A stretch of 64,000 bases of DNA from Candidatus Parcubacteria bacterium. GTDB taxonomy: Bacteria; Patescibacteriota; Minisyncoccia; UBA6257; HR35. A program made the position numbers and the translations under genes. This document shows positions 9,774-18,800 of the stretch, piece by piece. The notes under the pieces are model-generated. The model was not told the DNA's origin, searched no databases, and saw nothing but the letters and a program-made list of their open reading frames with translations. The DNA is taken from positions 688 to 64,687 of the forward strand of contig BPJI01000002.1 of assembly GCA_026004535.1 (NCBI GenBank), given 5' to 3'. Each line of letters begins with the position of its first letter. Position 1 is the stretch's first letter.

Positions 9774-10074
9774 TTTTAAATAATACGCTTATTAAAGATA
9801 TAAGTAACAAAGAAACTGATGCTATTCCAATGATATAAAATATTTTATTTACTTCAATTTTATCTTTTTCTTCTTCATTATTTTCATTTTTCAATATATC
9901 TTCATCGTTCCCCGTATATGTTTCGCTTTGGTATAAATTATCGTTAAACAATTTATCCAAATAATTTTTAATGTCTGTAAGTGCTTTTGAAGAGTTAATG
10001 TTTAATGAAGGATTGCCTTCATTGGATATATCAAGATGTTTTTTGTCGTCGCTATTTAAATAGTTGATAACCAT
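9766..10074 (-). CDS. C-tail-anchored membrane protein (102 aa)
   Basis: C-terminal TM segment IIGIASVSLLLISLISVLF. Confidence 0.45.
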   Translation of the reverse strand: MVINYLNSDDKKHLDISNEGNPSLNINSSKALTDIKNYLDKLFNDNLYQSETYTGNDEDILKNENNEEEKDKIEVNKIFYIIGIASVSLLLISLISVLFKSE

Positions 10075-10076
10075 AA

Positions 10077-10631
10077 TTAGAGTTTTCTTAAAATAAGTGC
10101 AATAACTAATATTGCCAAAATAATTTTGATGTATTCTAATTGTTTTTTAGTTATTTGAAATGTAACCTTTTCAACGTTTCCTTGATTTGTGTTTTGTTGT
10201 GTGTTTGTGTTTGTGGTGTTTGATATATTTGATGTGGTGTTATTTTGGTCTGATACAGGTGAAAATATGGTTATTTTTACAGTTTGAAAATCTTGTATGT
10301 CTTTCGTTAAATTTGCAGCTAATAACTCTCTTTCGCTTTTAGGATAGTCAATATTGTTGATAAATTCAAATATCTTTTTAGTAACATAATCTGCGTCGTC
10401 TTTAAATTCAATTCCCTTATTGCTTAAAAAATCTTTAAAAATATTCTCTACATACTTTTTATCTTTATCTAATTTGTACTTAATGAAAACTCTTAAATCT
10501 TCCTCTTTTACATTAAATTCAACAAATGTAGGTGGTGCTAATCTTGATGTCTCTGTATCAAGTAAATATGTGTAATTATAATGAGAATAGTCAAGCACAT
10601 TTTCAAGGTCTCTGAATATTACGTCTGCCAT
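10077..10631 (-). CDS. C-tail-anchored membrane protein (184 aa)
   Basis: C-terminal TM segment IILAILVIALILRKL, preceded by an Asn/Thr-rich linker. Confidence 0.5.
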   Translation of the reverse strand: MADVIFRDLENVLDYSHYNYTYLLDTETSRLAPPTFVEFNVKEEDLRVFIKYKLDKDKKYVENIFKDFLSNKGIEFKDDADYVTKKIFEFINNIDYPKSERELLAANLTKDIQDFQTVKITIFSPVSDQNNTTSNISNTTNTNTQQNTNQGNVEKVTFQITKKQLEYIKIILAILVIALILRKL

Positions 10632-10639
10632 AGTTGTAA

Positions 10640-11452
10640 TTATTGTTTTGCTTTTAATATAAAATAACCTATTAACGAAAGCATTAAAACCGATACACCA
10701 ACAATTATGTAAACCATAGAGTTATCTTTTTCAGTTGGTGTGTTGGGATTTGTTGTAATAATAATAGGCGTATTTGAGCTACCGCTTGTAGTTGTTGATG
10801 ATGTGTTACTTTTATTACCTTTAAGTGTTCCGAATAAATTAGAAGCACTATTTAATAAGTTACCAAAAGCATTTAAAGTATCTGGAAGTGATTTTTTAGG
10901 TTGAGGTGAAGATGTAGATGATGAAGAAGAAGTGCTGCTTGATTGTTGTGCCGTATCATAAGATAAACTTTCTCCCAATGAAACAATATAAAGCATAATT
11001 GCTTGTGCAAGATTTATATCTTGAGTAGTTCTAATTTTTTCTGCAATTGCATCCATCAATTGTTTTGGGTCGCTTTTATATGTTATGTTATATTTATCTA
11101 AAATAGCCATTAATGTGGCATCTTTATTTTTAATTTTTTCAATAAATAAAGGCAATATTTTCTCTTCATCAAATCTTAAATCAATAACACCATTGTCAAC
11201 ATTTTCAAATGCAGAATCCAAAAGATACTTATGCGTGTTCTCATCCATAAAAACATCATAAGTTAAATTACTTCCTACAATATTGGGATAAAGTGATTTT
11301 GCCCTATTTAATTTCTTGTATTTATAGGTCAAATTAAGATTTTGTATTATATTTTTTCCAATGCATTTATTTGCGTTTATTGAAGTAATAGGGATTAAAT
11401 CGCCTGTAGGTAACAGGCATTTTCCTTCAGGTATAGTGATTGTTGCAGCCAT
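10640..11452 (-). CDS. C-tail-anchored membrane protein with a Ser/Thr-rich linker (270 aa)
   Basis: A poly-Ser/Thr low-complexity region followed by the C-terminal TM segment MVYIIVGVSVLMLSLIGYFIL. Confidence 0.5.
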   Translation of the reverse strand: MAATITIPEGKCLLPTGDLIPITSINANKCIGKNIIQNLNLTYKYKKLNRAKSLYPNIVGSNLTYDVFMDENTHKYLLDSAFENVDNGVIDLRFDEEKILPLFIEKIKNKDATLMAILDKYNITYKSDPKQLMDAIAEKIRTTQDINLAQAIMLYIVSLGESLSYDTAQQSSSTSSSSSTSSPQPKKSLPDTLNAFGNLLNSASNLFGTLKGNKSNTSSTTTSGSSNTPIIITTNPNTPTEKDNSMVYIIVGVSVLMLSLIGYFILKAKQ

Positions 11453-11455
11453 AAT

Positions 11456-11995
11456 TTAAAATTTAAAAATTAGTTTTGATATATTGTATGTAAATATTAG
11501 TCCAACGCCAAGTAAAAATAAGTTTAATAATGTTTTTTTGTCAATATAGATATTAATATAAACTACATTCGCATTATTATTAGTGTCCATATAAAACTTT
11601 TCGCTTTTTTCTTTAATATCTTTCAGTATTTCTTCGTCGTGTATATCCAAATATTTAAGATTTTCAAAAGCATCTGATAAAGTATTTTTATTTACATCAT
11701 ATTCCAAGTTATCATTTTCAGTAAAGTCAAAAAATAATGTCCGAAAGTCAGAGTAAATGATTCTTTTTTGCTCTTCGTTAATGACTAAATTATCTAAATC
11801 ATTAACAAAAGATTTTAATAGATTTTTTGAAGTCAATAAGATATTTTTCTGTTTTTCGCCGGCCAAAATATCATCTCTTAACTGCATTAAAGATTTTACA
11901 TAATTGTCAGAAAGAGATTGGGGCAATAAAACAGAGTAATGGATAATGAATTTGTCTAAATTTTTTAAGAATGTCAAGTATTTATCCTTATCCAT
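11456..11995 (-). CDS. C-tail-anchored membrane protein (179 aa)
   Basis: C-terminal TM segment LNLFLLGVGLIFTYNISKLIF. Confidence 0.5.
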   Translation of the reverse strand: MDKDKYLTFLKNLDKFIIHYSVLLPQSLSDNYVKSLMQLRDDILAGEKQKNILLTSKNLLKSFVNDLDNLVINEEQKRIIYSDFRTLFFDFTENDNLEYDVNKNTLSDAFENLKYLDIHDEEILKDIKEKSEKFYMDTNNNANVVYINIYIDKKTLLNLFLLGVGLIFTYNISKLIFKF

Positions 11996-12013
11996 ACTTT
12001 GTTTTTTTAAAAA

Positions 12014-12035
12014 AAGGGCGGTTTTATCCGCCCTT
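12014..12035 (-). terminator. rho-independent terminator hairpin AAGGGCGG-ttttat-CCGCCCTT, flanked by A and T runs so it can act bidirectionally
   Basis: A perfect 8-bp GC-rich stem lying 20 nt downstream of the 12055-12849 gene, followed by a U-run on the minus transcript. Confidence 0.7.
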
Positions 12036-12054
12036 TATGTTGTAAATAAAGAAA

Positions 12055-12849
12055 TTAACGGCTGAATAATCCGCCCAAAATTGAGCGTTTTTCAACGGGT
12101 TGGCTTTCCATAGGTTGGTCGATGGAAGGAGCAGGTGCTTGAATGGTAGCAGCCGATTTAACCATTCCGCCTACTTCAGCAATGGGTCTACCACCAATCA
12201 TAGGAGTCGCAGGCACTGCTGAAGGTTCTAAAGGTCTTACCACAGGGCTTGCACCAAACAATTGATTAGAAGGTACTACTTGATTACCTACGAAGAAATT
12301 GAAGGTAATAGAAGAGTTAGGAGCAATGATACCAACGATGCTTGTTTTTGCATCTACTTTAATTTGCAACGGAACATCAACGATGCTTTGGTTTTGATAA
12401 CGTCCGTCAATGAAAGCAGAAACAGGTATGGAACTTGTGAGAGCCTTGCCTGAAGCATCTTTGGTTACTACTTTCAAAATTTGTTGCAAATTTGTTTGTG
12501 TTTGTGAAACAATACGAACACCTGCAAATACGGTAGGTTGGTTTGCGGTTTGTGTGTAAATTTCGGCATAGGTCAAATCAGGGTCGCCGGTAGTAATCCT
12601 AATTACACCACCGGAGGTTGGTACACCTTGTAGGTTTTGCTCACTCGGGTCGGTGATTTGAAACCTGTTGAAGTTAAATAACACAAATCTACCTTGATTT
12701 GCAGGGTCGGTGTTTGTAACAATAATTGAATAAGGGATAGAAGTCATTGCATACGGCAAAGTCCCTGCGGGAAGGCATCCTGAATCTAAAAGATAGTCAT
12801 GCCCATCCCCCATGTCGTATGCGAATCCAGTTTTTAAATTCCTGTTCAT
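12055..12849 (-). CDS. GC-rich, codon-biased gene for a probable abundant virion structural protein (264 aa)
   Basis: It is markedly GC-richer than its surroundings. The protein is Thr/Ser/Val/Gln/Gly/Pro-rich and beta-rich with no Lys/Asn bias, and its C-terminus is Pro/Ala-rich. It is followed by a strong terminator. Confidence 0.6.
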   Translation of the reverse strand: MNRNLKTGFAYDMGDGHDYLLDSGCLPAGTLPYAMTSIPYSIIVTNTDPANQGRFVLFNFNRFQITDPSEQNLQGVPTSGGVIRITTGDPDLTYAEIYTQTANQPTVFAGVRIVSQTQTNLQQILKVVTKDASGKALTSSIPVSAFIDGRYQNQSIVDVPLQIKVDAKTSIVGIIAPNSSITFNFFVGNQVVPSNQLFGASPVVRPLEPSAVPATPMIGGRPIAEVGGMVKSAATIQAPAPSIDQPMESQPVEKRSILGGLFSR

Positions 12850-12904
12850 AGTTTTAAATTTTTTTGGTTAAACATAATTGTTCATAAAAGAACTGCTTTC
12901 ATAA

Positions 12905-13009
12905 TTAATTGCCTTGTTCTTTGGTTGTGATTTTGAAATAAATCACATTGCCAATTACTACAGCAACTACTGAAAGCAGAAGACCGATTAAAACAGATTT
13001 TGCGTCCAT
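12905..13009 (-). CDS. 34-aa hydrophobic mini-protein (MDAKSVLIGLLLSVVAVVIGNVIYFKITTKEQGN)
   Basis: I translated it by hand; it is below the ORF-track cutoff. It shares the GC-richer codon style of the adjacent gene and has a single TM helix. Confidence 0.3.
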   Translation of the reverse strand: MDAKSVLIGLLLSVVAVVIGNVIYFKITTKEQGN

Positions 13010-13158
13010 AATTAAAAAGTTTTTAAGGTTAATAATTGCAATACAAATTTAGGTAAATTAAATACACAATAAAATTTTTTGCTGCTTTTATTTTTGTAGT
13101 AATATCATTTAGTTTTTAACCTACCGCCATTTTAATTATTAACAATACAAATGTGCTG

Positions 13159-13196
<38 letters not shown>

Positions 13197-13267
13197 CTGA
13201 ATTAACGTTCTAACTAAATATCAACCTACGACTCTTATTAACTAAATAAATTAAATTATAATATAAA

Positions 13268-13291
13268 TATTATTATTATTATTATTATTAT
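13268..13291. repeat. (ATT)8 microsatellite
   Basis: atattattattattattattattatc. Confidence 0.9.
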
Positions 13292-13293
13292 CT

Positions 13294-13510
13294 TGTTAAT
13301 AACTCAAAAAAAATCAAAAATTTTTTTGCTAAACAACTGATAATAAATTATTTAAACGCTAAAAGTTATTAACAATTGCTGTTAATAACTTGTTAATAAG
13401 TGCCATTTTATTGTTAATAACCTGTTAATAATATGTTCATTTTATATTTGTTTCAAAATAAGTAACTTAAATAAAAAAATTATTTTTGTATTATTAAAAT
13501 TGTTAATAAA
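13294..13510. promoter_or_regulatory. iteron array of at least seven copies of the mini-palindrome GTTAaTAAC/GTTAtTAAC; candidate replication origin or multi-operator region
   Basis: Copies at 13294, 13365 (inverted), 13381, 13392, 13412, 13423 and 13501. Two pairs lie 11 bp apart. GTTATTAAC-n7-GTTAATAAC forms an inverted repeat. The array sits at the divergence point of the two strand blocks. Confidence 0.5.
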
Positions 13511-13529
13511 GTTTTCTAAATTTTAAAAT

Positions 13530-13808
13530 ATGGAAAATTCAGAATTAAAAAGGAAAAATTTCTTGATAAAATCTATTCAAGATTATATTCAAGCAATTGA
13601 AAATGAAATAAATGAGAAAAAATTTAAAAGTTATGATGATTTATTGTTAATATACAAAAGGATTGAATACATTGAAGCATATATTTTATTCTCGAACGAT
13701 ATTTTTGATGAAAATAATGAAAGTGATAAAGAGTTAAAAAAAGAATTGATTAATAAATTAAAAAAACTAAATGAAGAGTTGTATAAAAGAATTGAGATTA
13801 ATAAATAA
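13530..13808 (+). CDS. hypothetical coiled-coil protein (92 aa)
   Basis: First ORF of the plus block, rich in charged heptad-like sequence. Confidence 0.45.
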   Translation: MENSELKRKNFLIKSIQDYIQAIENEINEKKFKSYDDLLLIYKRIEYIEAYILFSNDIFDENNESDKELKKELINKLKKLNEELYKRIEINK

Positions 13809-13813
13809 AAAAT

Positions 13814-14284
13814 ATGTCTAATTTTTATCAATTAAGGAATTTCGGTGGGAACGGAGAAAGTATTTTCAAAGAAGATTTTATTGATTATTTTAAGATACCG
13901 TACAAAGACGTAAGAGACAATATCATTTACAGGAAACTTGAAGTGGACTACATAATAAATGGTGATGTAAAAATTGAAATTAAAACTACAAATTCGACAA
14001 ATTACTTGTATTTTCTTGAATATAAACTCTATAAAAAAACGAATGAAATAAAAACAGGTTGGTTTTATTATTCAAACTCAAATTTTTTTGTTTTTGTATT
14101 GATTAAAACAAGAAAAATTATTTTCTTAAAAAGAACGGATGAATTTTATATTTATTACGAAAAACACATTAAAAACAAATATAAACTAATTGAAGACGAC
14201 CAGAATACAATAATCTCATATTATAGAAAAGTGCCAATAAAATCTTTAAGAAATTTCATTGTAGAATATCAAAGATACATTTAA
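13814..14284 (+). CDS. hypothetical protein (156 aa), possibly a PD-(D/E)xK-like nuclease
   Basis: The segment EVDYIINGDVKIEIKT resembles a D...E-x-K nuclease core. The match is weak. Confidence 0.45.
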   Translation: MSNFYQLRNFGGNGESIFKEDFIDYFKIPYKDVRDNIIYRKLEVDYIINGDVKIEIKTTNSTNYLYFLEYKLYKKTNEIKTGWFYYSNSNFFVFVLIKTRKIIFLKRTDEFYIYYEKHIKNKYKLIEDDQNTIISYYRKVPIKSLRNFIVEYQRYI

Positions 14285-14307
14285 TTTTGTATTAAAAGAA
14301 TTAATAA

Positions 14308-15138
14308 ATGCAGGAAAATTTAAAAAATAAATTTCAAGAATTGATAAATGGCAGTATAAATCAACCTTATATTGAGTATTTATATAATAATTATGTTCAA
14401 AAAAAAATTGAAATATCTCAAAAAATAGGATTGCAGAAAAGACAAATATTAGTTTACACAAAAAGCGAATCCGAATATATTGAGAAAGCATATAAGCATT
14501 ACTTCGATGTTATACTTCCAGAGTTTTTTTCCATATTGTTTTTAAATTTTATCTTTACAATACATAATAAAAATAAATGCAGGGAGGAAAAAATACAAAA
14601 AAAGGTTTCTTATATCAATAAATTGACGAAATATTATTTGTATAATTATCAATACTCAAATACAAAGTATGGGAATTATGATTATAAAAATGACACGATT
14701 GCCATTGAGTTTCTTATATTTATGATTTATTATTATGATTTTGCTCTAAATATGAAAGTAATGAACAAAGATGAGATAAAAAGATTGCATACAAAATTAT
14801 ACGAAATAGACAAGAACGAATCTATTCTGCTTGCAAATTCATACGTTTTTAATTTGGCAAATGATATAATCTTGAATAAAGAAATGCTTAATAATATGCA
14901 GTTTAATCAATTATTTTTTTTATTAAATTTGCAAAACTTATGTCTTTTTATGCTCGGAAAGTCAATTAATAACAATAGTTTTTATTTTGGAAGTTTTTAC
15001 AAAGTATTCAATGAAAAAATAGACAATCAGAAAGATATTGTAAGCAGTTTATTTTTAAATCAAAATAAAAACATAAGTATTATATTTGGCAACGAATATT
15101 TGCAAAATATAAAATCAAAAATAAATAGCAAAAAATGA
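14308..15138 (+). CDS. hypothetical protein (276 aa)
   Basis: A long ORF overlapped by 4 nt (ATGA) by the next gene. Confidence 0.5.
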   Translation: MQENLKNKFQELINGSINQPYIEYLYNNYVQKKIEISQKIGLQKRQILVYTKSESEYIEKAYKHYFDVILPEFFSILFLNFIFTIHNKNKCREEKIQKKVSYINKLTKYYLYNYQYSNTKYGNYDYKNDTIAIEFLIFMIYYYDFALNMKVMNKDEIKRLHTKLYEIDKNESILLANSYVFNLANDIILNKEMLNNMQFNQLFFLLNLQNLCLFMLGKSINNNSFYFGSFYKVFNEKIDNQKDIVSSLFLNQNKNISIIFGNEYLQNIKSKINSKK

Positions 15139-15845
15139 AAACAACTTATTTTGATAAGCAAGGTAAATCTTACTTCTATAATCAATACTTGATAAAAAAT
15201 TATAAACAAATTTTTTTATCAATTCCACTTGGTGGGGTAATGAATGATATTAGCATGTCAGAATATTTTAAAAGTTTTGTTGGTAGCATATCGGAGCAAA
15301 TAATCTTATATTCTTTCCTTGAAATGATAAACAATGAAGATGATATATTAAATGAGTATCTAAATAGAAGCCAATATGCTAAATTAGAAGAAATATCCGA
15401 TAAATATAAGTACCTAATAGACATGCCTTTTATGTATGATGAGTTAAAACAATTTTATAATTCACTTGATAATAAAACTATGTTGCAATTTGAATCTAAT
15501 TTAGTTAGATACATAAACCAAACAATAAATTCAGACGAATTTGTAGATTATTTTAATTTACCAAATAATGACTATTATTTAGATTATTCTGACGAAAATC
15601 AACTATTTAATGAATTGCCGGAAGTAATTAACGGATATTTAATTGAAAACAGCGACGTTTATTTTAACATAAATAAAAACTTTAGAATTTTAATACAATT
15701 TGCAGAAGAGTTGTATAAAAAAGATAAAACAAAAAAAGTTATTGAACCTGTAAAAAATAACTGCTACAAATATCTTTCAGAAAATGAAATAGTCAACTTA
15801 TACGATAGGTTGAATAATATAAAATATGCTTTATCATATAAATAA
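15135..15845 (+). CDS. hypothetical protein (236 aa)
   Basis: A long ORF. Confidence 0.5.
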   Translation: MKTTYFDKQGKSYFYNQYLIKNYKQIFLSIPLGGVMNDISMSEYFKSFVGSISEQIILYSFLEMINNEDDILNEYLNRSQYAKLEEISDKYKYLIDMPFMYDELKQFYNSLDNKTMLQFESNLVRYINQTINSDEFVDYFNLPNNDYYLDYSDENQLFNELPEVINGYLIENSDVYFNINKNFRILIQFAEELYKKDKTKKVIEPVKNNCYKYLSENEIVNLYDRLNNIKYALSYK

Positions 15846-15867
15846 AACAAACTAAAAATTTATTACT

Positions 15868-18800
15868 ATGCAAGAAGGGAAACTTTTAAAATATAGCAAA
15901 AACGTACTGCTTGATTTATCAGGTAAAGTAAAATTTGCAGAGGACACTCTTATACCTTTTAATCTATCTGCAGAATTGAGCGAGCAAGAAACAAATCTTT
16001 TGTTTGACATATTAAAAGAATTAGAGAAGCATGAAGATATAAACAAAAACAAAAGTTTATACTCTTTATTATTGCAATATCTTGAACTTAAATTAAAGCC
16101 AGACAAAATAGATGATATTGCCGAAAATTTAACAGGGGAGCAATTATACGCAATTGCACTTGGGATAAGAAACTTTGAATCAAATAATCATAGAAAAGGT
16201 GTTATCATAGGTGATACGATGGGATTTGGTAAAACAAGAATAGCAGCGGGCTATGTTCAGTATTTTATTAACAGGCGAAATGCACCATTTTTTGTATGCT
16301 CAAAAGAAGTGTTATTAAGTGAAATAATCAACGAATATATTGAGATTAATAAATCTAAATTTTATGATGCAAATGGTAAATTTGATATTAAGAAAGCAAG
16401 GAAATTCAAATTGCTGCTTTTTAACGAAAGAAAAAATATAGATGTTTTATATAAAAAGGGTAAAGAATATGTATCTGAAACAATTTATAGTTCAGATATA
16501 AATGATTTGAAGAATTTTGTTGAAGATGTTTTAAATGATGAGTTGTTGAGAAAATTTATTTTGTTGTTTAACCTGTTTAACTTTTCCGGGAATAAAAATT
16601 TAAGTAAAGAAATTAAAAATTATAATAAAAATTTGGCAAAATATTACACTGATAAAAATAAAGTTAGAGATTCAAAAAAAGAAGAAGGGCATAAATATTA
16701 CTATTTTAAAATGTTGTTTTCTGTTGGTTATATTTTGCAAGATGATATTAATTTTGTTAAAAATAAAAGATTATTTTATGTTAACAATAAAGAAGAATTG
16801 GTTGATGTATTAGATTATTTGTCAGATATAATTGAAGATTTTGAAAATAAATACAATGAAGCGAAAAAAAGATTTTTTGAGATACTTGTCAATAATGGAT
16901 TTATTGGCATAGGGACAACATATTCTCAATTGAGAACAGATTTTAGTGCAAATGATTTATACATAAATGTTGATTTGTCAAATTTCTATAAAAAAGACAA
17001 TTTTAAAGTCAAATTTAAAAATAAAGACAATAAAACGTTAAAAAGCATATTGTTTAACTTAACAAGTATATTTACTAATGTAATTTATGACGAATCGCAC
17101 AATATCGCAGGTGCAGAAACTATTGGTAAAACTACTACAAACTTTTTGTATCATAATTTCCATCCATATCTGAATTTAATTGCTTTTGAAAGTTTACTTT
17201 ACTCTTTAGATATAAAAAAATATGAGTTAACAAAACCTATATTGCAAGAAAAATTAAAAAACGACGAAAAAAATAGGTTTTCAACTTTAATTGAAGCATT
17301 AAATACCACAAAGTTTATATATGTTTCAATTAGTAAAACATTTACTAATCTGCTTCCTGAAAATGACAATCAAAATGATGATAACAAAAAAGAATTTTTA
17401 TGGTTTTTAAATGATGCTTTGAAAAGTGATTATATATCTTTATCTAATGATTTTATATCGAATAAGTTTAGTGCGTTTATGTCAGCAACTTTTGTTAAAA
17501 ATAATGGTATTATAATGCCTATTTTGTCTTTGTTTACAGATATAGGCACATTCCCAAACAAGATGATGTATTTTATGAGTTTTGATACGAAGATGTTTAA
17601 TAGCGAAAATGCAATATATTTTAAGCAATATCTTCCTAAATATTTAACAAAAAGAGGTTATTATATCAATAGGCAATTTGAATTGGTCACACCGCAATAT
17701 GAACCTATTAATTACATAATAAATAAAAATCAAAAAGAAAATGTAAATGATATTTATAAAAGGTTTATCAATCATTTTAAATTGCTTAAATCCAAAAAAT
17801 ACATAATGGAGAATATTTATTCTTATTTTTTATTAAAAAACGTAATTGATGTTTATAATTTTAAAAATTCAACAGAAGGATATTTTATTGATATTTTTAG
17901 AGAGAATCTTGTTAATGTCAATAGTATTTTAACCTCTGTAAACACAAGCGATTATGGCAATTTCAAAAAATTATTCATAAAAACCATTATTGATATATCC
18001 AATTTTTGCGAGGATATAAGCATTATTGAAAAAGCGTTTGGAAAAAAAATAGATGATAGTATTGTGAATAATGATGTTTTATATGATATGTTAAACAATG
18101 ATAATGAATTTGATTATAAATTAAGATGCACATTTATTATTATTCAATTTGGTGCTATAAAATATGGGTTAAATAATTCAGAGATAAAAATAATTACTTT
18201 AATAGACGATTCGATTTATCAAAACACTTCAGGTTTTAATATTTGGAAGCGAATTGATGAATTAATAGGTGTAAAGGAAGAAGATAACTTTTTCACGAGT
18301 AATGGTTTTCAAATTTTCAAAAAATATAAAGAAGCCAAGGATTTTATATTAGAAACAAAAGGAAACGATATTAATAATGACAATAATGATTCTATATCAT
18401 ACAAAATTAATTTTGAATATACAATAGATGAAATTTTTCAACCTTATACAGAAAAAAGATATGAAAATATTCTAAAATTTTACGAAGACAATAACACGTA
18501 TTTTAATTTATATGCATATGCCAATACAGACCATTTACTTGCTGTAAGACGATTAATTGCCTCAAATATTATTTCAATGTTTACAAAATTTAATTTTGGA
18601 AGGTTTAATAATAGTTTGGTGAAAAATTTCATTACTGCAATAAAAACTGTTGATATAACTCACAAATCTATTGAAATATTAGAAGGAAACAAAAATGAAA
18701 AATTAGATTGGATTCCTAAAAACAACGATGGATATAAGTTAATTGTATCATATGACCATACATTTGATAACTATTCAAAGGTTATATTAAACTCTTATGA

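Noticed and set aside
12262-12453. A plus-strand 63-aa ORF.
   Set aside because: It is antisense inside the GC-rich 12055-12849 gene.
13294-13510. The TGTTAATAAC repeats as a possible CRISPR array.
   Set aside because: The units are 9 bp, irregularly spaced, and have no unique spacers of constant length. This is iteron- or operator-like, not CRISPR.
13631-16106. Minus-strand ORFs 13631-13831, 14246-14491, 15200-15424 and 15852-16106.
   Set aside because: They are antisense to, or overlap, contiguous plus-strand genes in a uniformly plus-oriented block.
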